A stretch of 64,000 bases of DNA from Pseudovirgaria hyperparasitica (Eukaryota): NCBI GenBank assembly GCA_010093815.1, contig ML996582.1. One strand, 5' to 3'. Shown one piece after another: positions 1 through 12,581 of the stretch. The translations under genes and the position numbers were made by a program. Below the pieces are notes generated by a model. It searched no databases. It saw only the letters and a program-made list of their open reading frames with translations, and was not told the origin of the DNA. Position 1 is the stretch's first letter, and each line of letters opens with the position of its first letter.

Positions 1-123
1 GAGGAAATAAGAAAGAATTGTATCAAAGTATATCGTACATGTGGGGCGTGCATTGCATCGTGTTCCGGCCTCCGTTTTTCTGCATATCTCCTCCCGAACT
101 TCTTCGACTGTTTCCAGAGCGAA

Positions 124-184
124 TAACAACGACAACAACGACAACAACGACAACAACGACAACAACGACAACAACAACAACAAC
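124..184. repeat. (AACGACAAC)n/(AAC)n microsatellite
   Basis: Direct reading: aacaacgacaacaacgac...aacaacaac. It produces the poly-T and NNND runs in the overlapping ORFs. Confidence 0.95.
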
Positions 185-626
185 CAGAAGCGCCGTGATA
201 TGCTAAAAGTCAGAAACGCCCGGTCGATGATCGATGCATACGACCTGGGCGGGCGACGACGACTAATTAGGAATAAAATTCTGAGTATGCTTATTCAAAC
301 CCGAAAGCCTCCAAGTGTAAAGGACTTTTGTGCGCCTGTCTGAATGTGATGGAGGGATGACAAGGACGGATGATGAAGCAAGGGAATTCGTGCAGAGAGA
401 AAAAAAAAAACATGGAGGCGTGGGAGCATGTGTGTATGTATATAATGAGTCCATGAAACGGAGAGGATAACATGATGTGTAAAGGTCGTCGAAATCGCCG
501 GATGAAGGCCGTGTGGGACGTCTTGGACACGTGTCTCAGATCAGCAAAACAATAGAACGGTGGTGAGGTGTGATCCAGATTGCTGTAAGCTGGAAATAGA
601 TGCACGATGATAGCGTAAGCCTCCAT

Positions 627-3359
627 TCAGAATCGAATGTCAAAGTCCCGCATCGCGACCGCAATCTGCGATCCTATCGAATATACAGCATCTTCGTCCC
701 GTCGATAAGTTGCATCAAGTGCATGGTCGACAGCCCAATCTCCGTTCTCCAATGCTCGTGGCGAGCCAGCGTACGTAACGTCGTCTATCTTGCGCAGTCG
801 TCGTAGGACAAGATCACGCTGAGAGTCGGCGCTGGTCCATACATGAGACAGCTCCGTGATGCAAGCAAGGTTGGCCTCGACAGCCCTCTTGAGGCCCGGG
901 AGTGTGTCACGGGACCCGCCAGCGGTGAGCACGTCCACGGCCGCTAGCAAGCTGTAGCCGAGAAAAGGAACTGCAGAGAACGAACTTGGACGAGGAGAGC
1001 CAATGCGGTGAGAGTCTGCGTGTTGAAGATGGTGAGCAATATTGAAGAGTTGCTTCGCGTGCACGAGGCTTGCTTGAATATTCCTTTCCAGTTGAGTCGT
1101 AAGCGCACCGACTCTGACGTGTCGATTCAACCTAATAAAAGCAGTGTTGTACAAGCTGTGTAACGACAGGAATGATCCCGCGCAGTCTCGGTGGATACTA
1201 CTCGTCAAGGCGTCGGGACTGTAACGTAAATCGTGCGGTAATTGAGCGTGCCATGCCTGAAGTTTGTGGTACATGCTGTTGTAGTGGTGCTCGTAGTAGT
1301 CAAGGTACGCAGCATTGACAGTCTTATTCAAGGCTCGGTCTGTCATTGAGAAGACTTGACCCCAAATGGCCGATACCTGGACGAGATAGGCCATTGTGCT
1401 CAGTGGAAGCTCGGTAGGAGTGCCGATGAGATCGTAGTCGAAGATTGGAGGATCCTGTGTGCGCTTCATGTTGTATTCCTGCTCTGTACATGGTAGACGA
1501 ACGAAGGTGTCCTCGAGGTTGATGTTGCATTTAGTGCCACCGCAGAAGCCGTTGTAGCGGTCCATCAAAAAGCCAGACCAGAACGTTCGCCTGCGGCATT
1601 CAAGCAGCTTCTCCCGGTCCAGCCCGTAAACATGGTCGCTGGGGTCTGCAATGTAGCAGATCACCTTCTCCGAGTTGAACCCTAGTGCGCTAATGCATCC
1701 CAGCGCCAGTCTGCAGTGATTCCATGACGCAGTTGTTTCACCACGTGCAAAGCAATACATGCCCACCAGAAGCCTGGCATGGCATATCTGCAACGTCAGC
1801 TCACTGAACAGCGTTTTTAGCGCATACTCGGCGATTTCGTGCAACTCCTTGCCGTAAGCATGTCGGTCTGGGATGTGAGAGAACAAGGATCCGATGGCGA
1901 GCATGCTGTACAACACCATACGATCTTGTGGAGTCTTCGAGCGGTTATGTTGAACCCAATGTACGATTGTATCTCTCGGAAAGAGGCAGTATGTTGCGGA
2001 GTTGAAGTGCGTAAAGTAGTGGTCAAGTAGTTCGAGAGTTACGGCTGGACTGATTTCGTAGGGATCCGTCAGCCAGCGATCTGCTTTTTCGTTCTCCGAC
2101 ATGACATGTCTCGCTGAATGGAGTGAGTTGTTGGTCGGAACGTGCTTGAGCTCAGGATCAGTGCCTGTGTGGTAACCAACGTTACCAGCACTTTGGTTCC
2201 ATCGTATTTCGTGGCGTGGAGGCGAGGCACCTTGCGGCTGTCTCGGCGCCAAATCGTGATCGCTTGTGCGTCGCATCTTCGTCGGTCTCGACCACTCTGG
2301 GGGAGCAGCGTTTGTGCTTACAACGGATGGATACGTCCCAGGGCTGCTGTGTGCAGTTCCGGCGGCTCTGTGAAGGGGAGAACTAGTTTCTGAACGATGA
2401 GACTGAGAACGAGACGACTGCTGCTCGGTTGCTCCTCTGATGCAAAGTTAGCATGCCATGTAGACGTACAGATGTCTGCTAGGCGAGGAACCGGCTTACC
2501 CTTTACACGTTCGTTGAGACTTGGTGCACTGGGCACATTTGGGGAAGCCAGGATCACACTTGATCTTCTTTTCTCGACAAGTAAGACAGGCTTGGGCGAG
2601 TCGTTTCCGTGGTTTACCGGCCTTTGTGATACCCCAGCAAGGATTGACTGCCTCTCCATCGATTTCAGCAGGAACGGTGTTACCATTGTCGTACTTCCAA
2701 TGCTCATTGCCATGCTCATCATACACTTTACAGACGACCCTCGGAGCAAAATCCGGTGCACGCGGTACACTTTCAGCCCGTCGCTTTACACCGGCATGCA
2801 CGCTTTCGGATGTATCGTGAATGGGATGTGGAGCAACGGAAGTGGCGCGCGGCGACTGGTGATGCAGCTGAGGGGCATGAGATAGATGAGCCTGGTGAGG
2901 AAAGTAAGTGTCATGTGGTATTGGTATGTCTGGATCTGATCGCCTCCCAAGATATGGAGTTCCACGGCCGTCCAACGATTGCTGCCTGCTGAGTGTTGAG
3001 GATGATAGATGTCGTGGTGGTGAGTTGTGAACGGAGGTGGCAGAGTCGTGGAACGAAGAAGCTGGCGCCGGAGCTGGAGCTGGAGCTGGTACGTGATGAG
3101 ATAGCGGACGTTGCGCTTCAGATATGGGTGGTGTAAGTATTTGAGAAATGCCAGGTAATTGGAGCTTTGTGTCCTTTGCAGGTGCGGCTGGGTCGGTGGG
3201 AGTTGCACGCTGAGTGGGATTCCAGTGTGGCATTTCGTATTGGGATTCTGATGGCGACGGTAGGCCTGGAAGTCGAGGATGCGAAGAGACGGCGTGCTGA
3301 CCAGGCCACGAAGAAATTCCAGGATGCATCGGTCGAGGCTGAGGGCCAGCAAGAGACAT
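627..3359 (-). CDS. Zn(II)2Cys6 binuclear-cluster transcription factor with fungal-specific TF (middle homology) domain, ~889 aa
   Basis: Exons 3359-2500 and 2436-627. Intron 2499-2437 (GTAAGC..GCTAAC..TCAG) joins the two ORFs in frame. C6 motif CLTCREKKIKCDPGFPKCAQCTKSQRTC; fungal_trans signature ECRRRTFWSGFLMDRY; Pro/Ser-rich N-terminus. Confidence 0.93.
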
Positions 3360-3533
3360 GGTGTATGTAAAAGTTGGCCGGTGGCAACGGCGACAGTAAA
3401 GGAAATCGGAAATGGACGACTAGTTATTAGCTGGACAGCATCGGAGGACAGAAAAGCAGTGCAGCAGGAGTGGGATGCCGGATAGTTTTGATGCAGCACG
3501 GGCACCAGCAGCAATCCAGAGTAGTATGAGTGA

Positions 3534-3591
3534 GTTGGTGGTGGTGGTGGTGGTGGTGAGTAGTAGTAGTGGATGAGTGGTAGTAGGAAGA

Positions 3592-3648
<57 letters not shown>
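3534..3648. repeat. (GTG)n and (TAG)n microsatellites upstream of the TF start
   Basis: Direct reading; long perfect (TAG)n run at ~3594-3648. Confidence 0.95.
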
Positions 3649-6035
3649 AATCGTGGTAAGTAGGCCGTGCACTCTCTCACTTGCAGTTGTCTCCAAGCCG
3701 GAGAGTAGAGGAGCAGGGAGCAAGGAGCAGGGAGTAGACCAAGCCGTCGTGTCGAGAGAATTGGAAAGAGAAGAGAGTCGCAGGATGGAGCGTTGGCGGG
3801 ATGACGATCAGGCGCGACGAAAATAGATGTATGCAGGGCTGATGATGGATGGTGACAAAACGTGGTCCGCCGGGGGGCTGCAACTCACAAGCGGTCCAGT
3901 CGAAATTGTCGATTACTTGCAGATGGTGTGTGTGTGGATCAGATGAAACGCTGAAACGCTGAAACCTGACAGGGTGGTGAAAGGAGCGACGACAACGACA
4001 AGAACGACAACGACAACGTTGCGAAGAATGACAGGAAGGATTGACGCCCTGGACGTTTCTTGTGTGTAGCGATCGATGGTAACAGGACCGGGGGGGTTCG
4101 CGGACTGGACAGGGACAGATGAATAGAGTTGGTCGGGACGTCGGCCAAGAAGAGATCCTATCTATGTTTGGTTTCCGGCAAAGTGGGAGATGCAGTAGTG
4201 CGAGCCTGGAGGAAGAGACACGAGTCGATGCGGGTTGGCGGCGCCACAAGGATGGTGGTGGCCGTGTGGACGTTTGCAACCTTTGTGTATATATCGAGTG
4301 TGGTTGAGGCGAGCAGAGGAGGAAGAATAAGAAGAGGAAGAGGAGGAGGGAGGGGGGAAAGAGAAGAAGAAGAAGAGTGGATAGGGTTGCGTAGAGACAG
4401 AGATACTTTATCGGGGTCGGGGAACAGAAGAGACGAGTGCGTGTGTGTGTGCAGATGGAGAGGATAAACAGAATAGGATATGGACTAATTAGATCCGAGT
4501 CCAAGCGTCTCTCTCACTCTCACACACTCTTCTTTGTCGTTGCAGCGGAGTGCAAGTAAGTGGAAGCGCGTGCTCAGGTACGTAGATGGTTTCTTTAATA
4601 AAGAACAAGAGAAGTAGAGGAAGAAGAAGAAGAAGCCAGCAACAAAACGTCAGATGGGACCCGTAGACAACTACCATGATACCTATCCATCAGCATGATG
4701 ATGATGATAATGATGATGTACAACCCCCCTCCCCCCCCCCTCCTCTGTCTCTCTCTCTCTTATAAGGCTCGATTTAGACAAGAGATTCGACAAGTATTAG
4801 AGCGAATGTTCATAAGGGAAGACATAGTATGACAGGGGTCGTGACAGATTTTGGGGGGGGAGGGGGAGGGGGGGCCCTACTACTACTACCTACGCAGACG
4901 GGACACGGACACATTTCAAGCTTCCGTGAGGCCAACTAAACTTCACAGTTCCCTTGCCGGTATCTGGAATCTGGAATCAGAGACGCACGTTCTGAAACTA
5001 TATTATACACAGTATACATGGTATATAGTATCCTATACATCATACTAGTATTCTTGGTCGTCTTGGCCCAGGAGCTGTCCTAAGGCTTCCTCCTCGTTTG
5101 AGGTATGCCTGAGGTTATTTATACACCGTCACCGATGATGCACGCACAGGGCTTCGTGGCCAGTGGAATGAATGCTTCTGCATTTATTACGGCGACTCAC
5201 AAATTGCTGCAGGTCTCCACGGACTGAGCAGGTTTGAGAGGCGCTCCATGCGCCCAAGCAGAGCGTGATGCAGCATCATTTTACACGTACAGGTAGGTAT
5301 ATACTGTATGTTGGAGTAATTAGGACCTAGGTACTCGGGTAGGTTAACAATGGCCAGACGACTACGACGTACACGATTAGAATAATGTTGGACTACTGTA
5401 TCTGCCAGCCCAGTGATTAATCGCAGTTGCTATAGTGTCGGTGCAAGGACTGGACCTGAATCGGCCGTAAATGCCATGCGTTGACACAGACAGTAGATCC
5501 CGCCGTCTTGTCTGCACGGCTTCGGTGTCATGTCAAGAGGAGAGTAGAGAGGCTTGCATGTACATACAGGATGTACTACGGCATCTCGGAGCACACTTGC
5601 CGTCACAGGAGGCTGCCCCGGTCGATCAGATGCAGATGCAGATGGGCGTCGGTGCTTGTCGGTGGGTGATGCGGTGCTGGTCTTCTTCTTTTTTTTTTTG
5701 CAGAGTCATGTTATTCAAAGTTCGTTCGTCGCGGGATCTGAAGACGGAGCTATGCCAGATCCAATAGACAGATCGGTCAAGCAGGGAAGAGAATGGATGG
5801 ATGGCTAGGGACAAGGTTGCCAGCCAGCTGTGCCAGGGTAGAGAGAGAGGCCTCGATGCTTGTCCTGGTCATTGGAATTCTACCTGGGGATCTGCCGTTG
5901 TAGTCCGGCACCATCGAAACGGAGATGCAGTCCGTCTTGTGCCATAATTACTATCCATCTATAATGAATGGCTGTTAGTTGGGATGGTGCGCCGGTGCAG
6001 AGGTCGGCAGCGAGTACCGATGGATGGATCACACT

Positions 6036-6245
6036 CTACCTACCTACCTACCTACCTATTTACCTAGTAATTGACTGCCACTCTACTTCTTCACCTTCTG
6101 ATTAATTACCTACAGACCCTATCCCGCTCTACTCACAGCATCAGGCACAGACGTAGACGCAGACGCAGACGCAGACGCAAGAGCATAAGCGCAGACTGCC
6201 AGACACCGGCACAGAGACACACACACACACACACACACACATACA
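6036..6245. repeat. Cluster of simple repeats (CTAC)n, (GACGCA)n, (AC)n
   Basis: Direct reading. Confidence 0.9.
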
Positions 6246-9200
6246 TACGCACACAAAGATACACCAAGACACAGAGAGACACAGGTACAGGTCGCCAGTA
6301 AAATGGGCCCTGTCACTCTGCTGCAAGATCGCATCGCAATATGCTCCCTGTCATCCCTAAGATAGAGTGGCTCTGTGCCCTGTGTCCTGTGTGTGCTGCG
6401 TCCTGTGCTCTGCGCCCTGCCTGACTGCCCTGGTCCCCGCGGCGCCGCCCATATCGCCCTCCATCGGTGACCACGCACCCAGCAGCCAACACTAACAACT
6501 ACCTGGTAGCAGCACTAAAGAGACCACCAGACCACCAGACCACCAGCACCCCCCAATCCTCCTCCTCCTCCTCCTCCTCCTCCTCGGACGTCCAGATCGA
6601 AAGTCGACGGCGTCCTAAGCGCGTCCTGAAACCTACTGTACACAAAAGAGATCTCGGGCCAGGCCGTCGTGCTGTGGGGAAGGCTGCTGCTTGTCCTTTC
6701 AGCCTAGTCTGTCCCGAGACTGAAGCCAACATGGCTAAATTTGTCTCCATGCCAGGCTTACCTGTCTGTCTGTCTCTCTGCCTGTCTGCCTGCCTGTCCG
6801 CCTGCCTGCCCTGGCTTTGCCCGAGAGTTTTCGATCAGCACTCATTTGCCCGGTCGACGACACAAGAGTTGTACTCAAATATGGCAGTCAAGAGCAAGAG
6901 TGCGGCTCTCTGTTCGTTCTCGTCCTATCGATCACCATCACCCAATCGGGCGGCAGTGAGAGTGAGAGAAAGAGAGAGAAAGAGGGAGCGTGCCGTGCAT
7001 CAATGGCTCTGCGTCGGATCCCCGTCGCCGTCGTCATGGGTAGGGGCAGGGCAGGCAAGGCAGGGCAGACAGGACAGGGCAGACAGCCTGGAGGGAGGGT
7101 CGGAGTTGCCATCGGATTGTGGTAGTGGTCCCGCCCCGCCTCTAAATGCGGCCAAGAAGCCCTGTACTGTAGTTTCGGCACCGCACCGTCAATCATCCGC
7201 CAGCCCAGCTCCACTGCCCAAGCTTTGCTGTACTTGGTAGCTACTAATATCTACTATGCAACAGATGGAATCCAAGTGCTGCTGTATGACAAGGGCGACG
7301 ACAAGGGCGACTAGGGGCCACGGACTACTACTACTACGACTACTGCTGCTGCCACTTACTAGGGCAAAACACCTCGCTCGACAGACAGGGACAAGGTCAT
7401 TCCTCGTCTAAGCCTGCCCGTTTCCCACCCTCAAAGAGGATATACATGGTATATTATTGTACTGTAATTACAGCATACAATCAGTCCACAGACCGGCCTC
7501 GATGACACATCTGCTCCATGCAGGCTCGGCGTCTATGTATCAATACTCCAGACTTTTACCGTCACCGTCGCCGTTGTCGCAGGCGCCGTGCAGAGGCCAG
7601 TGCCAGCGTGCTTGGACGGAAATTGATCCCCTCTGTCTGTTCTCAGCCGCTTGTCACACAGTCACACGTTCATCCAGCTGTGGCCCGGCTCAAGCGTCCA
7701 TCTCTGACGTCTCGGCGCGATAGCGATCACTGCCGCTCAATTTCCGCTGTCAGACACACGAGCATTTCCCCATGCGGCGCGTGACGGACATCTGGAAGAC
7801 TTGCATCTCGGCAGAGAAAAAAGAAAGCAGGCCAACGCCAACGCCCACTCCACCTCCACCGCCTGCACACATCATTACCGGCAGCAGCGACACTTGACAA
7901 CAGCGACAGGGACACCGCTGCTGTCAGTCTTGAAGACAGATGGAAGATTGGGTGGTGTGAAGTCGTCATGGTCTGGCCAAGGGGGGGTGTGGTGGCCTCA
8001 GGATACAAACAAAACAAATCGAGCAACCTGAAGCCCGGGCCCAATGCGGCAATTGTATGGGTGCAACGTTCTTGCCCATTACAATTATTATTAAAATAGC
8101 TGACCGAGGTATGACCTCCAAACTCGTACGATACTGGTTTGCTCTCTAGGCTAGACCAAATCGGGATGGGCGGTCAGAGGCGGCATTATCCTCTCTGATC
8201 TGCCGAAATAGTCCTTCATCTAGCCCGACAGCCCGAGACTAGTCCGAACTCGTGTTTCTGCCACGCCATGTCTGCGACCTCAGCCAATCAGCGACTCTCC
8301 ATTCTTCCACCCTCTCTTACCGCTCGCTTGCCAGATCGAGCCTAGTGCATCGTGTCGACTAAAAAGCAAATCGCACCATTTCCCTGCAACGGGTGTGCGA
8401 TGCCAATATTCCAATAATCCTATCTCCACCTCCCACTGTAACCTCTCTCTCTACCTTAACCTTCTCCTCCTCATCCTCGTCCTCAACCTTGCTCCTGATC
8501 TCCTTCTACCTCTACGCACGTCTTATCTCTGCCATATCCAATTGCTTGGCTGATCGTGCGTCTTAATCTGTATCACAAAGTGGACCGGTGGACGTACGAT
8601 GTAGGACGCTGAACGTACGATGTTGGATGCTGGACACTGGACGCTGGAACACTGGACGCTGGACAGACCACACCGCGCTGTAATTACGCATCGCAGCTCG
8701 TCAGCCGCCTGCTCGCTTGCATATCGCACATCCACGTCTGATTCTCACATCCATATACAGTATCCACATTTAGACGCTGCGTTGATGGCTGGCGGCAAAC
8801 TTCCTAGCCTTTTTTCCCTCTCTCTCGTCTGGCGTCCTGGACGTCCTGGTCAAACGGTCGTCTCATGTCTCAAAAAGACAGCCAGATGTCGTGCAGCCGC
8901 AAGACACCACGAACTATCATGTCTCACTGCAGCTTCATCCATCGTCCCAACTGCCCGACTACCCTGGCAGTCTTCTAACTGGCTGATCCTGGCCGGCTTC
9001 TGCGACTCTGCGACATGGCCTTGAAGATCTCCTGCGCCTCCCACGTGGGACTGACTGCCCTCGCATCCTTCTTTCCCTAACTGGGCAAGTCCCGCCTTTG
9101 CCATCATTTTGCTCCTCATCTGCTCCACTGCAACACCGCCGATCCCAACCTCATGCCTACACGTGCGCCAAGCCTAGAAGCAAGAAATAGCCACGGATTG

Positions 9201-10969
9201 CGTGTTCCTCTCGACTGAGCACTGCTGCAGGTAATATGATGCACAATTATTGCTTCTGGGCACCGCTCAAATCCTTCACCCAACCGTGTCCTCTCCGGTC
9301 TTGCTCGATACCTCTTCCCCCCCCCCAAAATCACCCGACCCATTACGGCTTTCCTTTCCATCCTACTGCTGACCTCCAAGTTTCAACGGCACTGCCATTC
9401 CATGTCCCTTGGACGCCTCACACAACCCGGCTGTCTCAACTTCGTGATCCCTCCAGACTCCTTTTTTCCGATTGCTTTTTTTAAGCACCCGCATCATTTC
9501 GCCCGGCTCTTTCCCTGCTGCAGTTTCATACGCACATCCGCCCTGTTCAACTCGGGCAATGATTAACCAGATTCCACGTGGATTCGGGTCTCGGGAGACT
9601 AGGCTCTACGGACTTCTTACGCCATTAGCACCAAGGAAACGTTGAGCCTCAAGGACCGATGATCTTCCTTGCTGTGGATGCTTGATGCTGCAGTGTTGAT
9701 CTAGACATCCCATTTGCCAAGCCCAAATCGCCATCGTTGCCACTCTGGTGCATCCACACTTGGTGGCACCGGTGTCACGACGATGTGAGACTTTGGTGAC
9801 ATACATTCTGAAAATCACCAACGATGAAGCTCCTTCGCATTAGATACACAGACGAGGAGGCCCATTGCCATGTGGGCCTGTTCTGATCTCATGCCGCTCG
9901 ACAGCCTCACATTTGATGGTATTGCCACTCCGGTCGAGATCGTCAGGAGGCTGTCCCAGGCGGAAATTACCGCTGCGTGAGGTGCAGAGCTGCCGGCATC
10001 CAGACGTTCCAAGCGGCATTCCATCCGAGACCGACCATCCTCGTTGATGTGGCCGCGTAGCATGAGGGAATGTCTGAATCTGGAGCAGTCTCTATATCCA
10101 TCACATCGCCAAGGCAGATTACCCACCTGTACACGGCGGTAGATGCCGTTGTGCAATCTTGAAACACGGGGACATTGTGACTAAGATTATCTCGTACATT
10201 GTCCCATCTCTGCTGACATTCCTGTTCCATCGTAGAAGCTATTCGTCTTTGTCTGGGCATTCTTTACCGCGTCGAGCTCGAGTCGACTGTCAATTGCACC
10301 ATCGTGTCTTGCATGCTACTATTGACAGACAGACATCTATACGATCAAAGTCACCGTAGACTATGTTATTGCCCCTATCCTCGGACATGATTCCCAGCCC
10401 TCCCTCCTATCACAATGTCCGCCAAAATCCCGCAATCCCGCAAATCTTCCCCCGCAAAAAAAAAGGGCAGCGGCAAAGCCCCTTGTCTTGTTCTTGCACA
10501 GCGCAAGAACATTCTATGCAGCAGGACGCGAGGCAGAGTAGAGCAGAGCAGAGCAGAGCATTGCATAAAATGGTCGCCGTATGCACTGTCGGCTTGCAGT
10601 ATTCTCGGTTTGATCCTTGCAGCTGCAGCTGCAGCTGCTCCCGTCGCTCATAATTACCGGTTTCTCATAATTACATACTGTAGTTTGCTTCCAAATAGCC
10701 AGTTCGGTCGCCATGACTGGACTGGAGTGGACTGGACTGGACTGCGGAGACGGGACCCTGCAGCTGTTTCTGCGTAGCACAAGACGTGTATGCGTGCGTT
10801 CGTGTGTGCATTTGTGTAAGGCTGTTGGTACCTTATGGGTCGTGGAGTCGTGATTACTAACTCGTTCCATCGTCTTGTGTTTACGTTTGTGTAGGACCGG
10901 AAACGCATGCATGCCATGGCTGGAGTAGAGTAGAGTAGAGTAGAGTCGAGTCGACCAGCGTAGAGTAGA

Positions 10970-11185
10970 GTCGACCAGCGTAGAGTAGAGTAGAGTAGAA
11001 ACAAGAAGGAAAAAGAATAAGAAGAAGAAGAAGAAGAAAATACACAAGACCCTGCCGTGGTACATACTAACCATACAGTCGACCAGCGTAGAGTAGAGTA
11101 GAGTAGAAACAAGAAGGAAAAAGAATAAGAAGAAGAAGAAGAAGAAAATACACAAGACCCTGCCGTGGTACATACTAACCATACA
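10970..11185. repeat. Perfect 108-bp tandem duplication containing (TAGAG)n and (GAA)n
   Basis: gtcgaccagcgtagag...ccataca occurs at 10970-11077 and again at 11078-11185. Confidence 0.93.
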
Positions 11186-11424
11186 CCCTTCGCAACGCAA
11201 GTCCACCAACCATCTCAAAGCATCACGCTCCATCACCACAGTCCCATCCATATCAAATCCCAATGGATACCCGAATCTCACACTCTTGAACAATACAAAA
11301 GCCTTCCATGTCTCTGCATTATCCGCATTATATGCATACCTTATCTGGCACAGCATCCTTCCTTCCTCCCCCGAAACCGAAACCAAAGCCCCGAAGCTGA
11401 CCTCACCACTCCGTCCGTTTCCGT

Positions 11425-11555
11425 TAGTCAATCAGTCAATCAGTCAGTCAGTCAGTCAGTCAGCCAGTCAGCCAGTCAGCCAGTCAGTCAGTCAGCCAGT
11501 CAGTCAGTCAGTCAGTCAGTCAGTCAGTCAATCAGTCAGCCAGCCAGTCAGTCAA
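11425..11555. repeat. (TCAG)n/(CCAG)n tetranucleotide repeat
   Basis: Direct reading. Confidence 0.95.
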
Positions 11556-11679
11556 TTACGAGTAGAGAGGTTGCGACCGCCGTGCGTCGGTGAAATACCA
11601 TTCTATCAACTTATCTATCGACCTGTTTCTCTCTGGTCAGACTCTTGGTTTTGGTGGGGAGTAGGAGGAGGAAAGAGCT

Positions 11680-11842
11680 TTGTTGGGATGTTGCTGGGGT
11701 GGGATGGGATGGGATGGAATGTTGCTGGGATGTTGCTGGGATGGAAGGGATGGGATGGGATGGGATGGAAGGGAGTGGAGGCTTGGAGGGGATGGAAGGG
11801 AGTGGAAGGGAGATGGGGGAGATGGGGGAGATGGGGGATGAG
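11680..11842. repeat. G-rich (GGGAT)n/(GGGGAGATG)n low-complexity repeat
   Basis: Direct reading. Confidence 0.85.
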
Positions 11843-12013
11843 GTGAGTTTTGAGTGTTGGGTTTGTTTGTACATGTCGTCGTGTGAGGCTATGTTGCGCT
11901 ATGCTATGTGACTCCACGCTATACCGTACCACGTTATCACCAATTACCAATTCCCCTGCCGTCTCCACAGCCACGAATATCATCCCCCCTTACCCCCTCA
12001 CCCCGAATTACGC

Positions 12014-12175
12014 AGTCAGAGCCAGAGCCAGTGTTAGAGTTCGACTCAGACACGAACTCAGAGTCAGCGTTAGATTCAGACTTAGATTCAGACTTAGACC
12101 CAGACTCAGACACGGCCTCAGAGTCAGGATTAGATTCAGATCCAGATTCAGACTCAGACCCGGACTCAGAGCCAG
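12014..12175. repeat. Degenerate (TCAGAN)n hexamer repeat (reads as SD or SE dipeptide repeats)
   Basis: tcagac/ttagat/tcagag units; gives DSDLDSD on + and SESGSES on -. Confidence 0.85.
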
Positions 12176-12535
12176 CCAGCCCCAGCACGTCCCTAGAAGA
12201 AAAATGAGATAGAGATGGGGAAAAGGGGGCTGTTGCTCTCTCAACTCCCGTCCCAACCACTGAGTCACTGAAATCTACATACTTGCTAGCTAACTAGATA
12301 GCTAGGCTCCTCGATAGAAGGCTAGTCATGGATGGCGGACTGCTAGGCTTGGGCTGTGGTTGAGAAAGGGGGCATTAGCCGGGCTACGGGGTTTTAAGGA
12401 GATGATTGGGAAGAGAGGGATGGGTATTTTGGGGGAGGGGGAGGGGGAGTGTTGGGAAGGGGGGGTTTATGTTAGAAGGATAGAGCATGGATGGATGGAC
12501 GGGTGGGTGGGTGGATGGATGGGTGGATAGAAAGA

Positions 12536-12538
<3 letters not shown>

Positions 12539-12577
<39 letters not shown>

Positions 12578-12581
12578 GAGA
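12539..12581. repeat. (AG)n microsatellite
   Basis: Direct reading. Confidence 0.95.

Noticed and set aside
18..343. ORFs with poly-Thr or NNND runs
   Set aside because: Non-ATG starts and microsatellite-driven openness. It could be a fragment of a gene outside the window, but nothing supports that.
3420..4504. Poly-Tyr/poly-Leu ORFs and the 275-aa ORF 3677-4504
   Set aside because: Products of (CTA)n and CT-rich leader sequence; non-ATG starts and no domain.
6071..7240. Several 60-257 aa ORFs
   Set aside because: Low-complexity SSR translations with no coding signature.
11908..12207. + strand Ser-Asp repeat ORF resembling staphylococcal Sdr adhesins
   Set aside because: GTG start, only 99 aa, explained by a hexamer repeat; no signal peptide or anchor.
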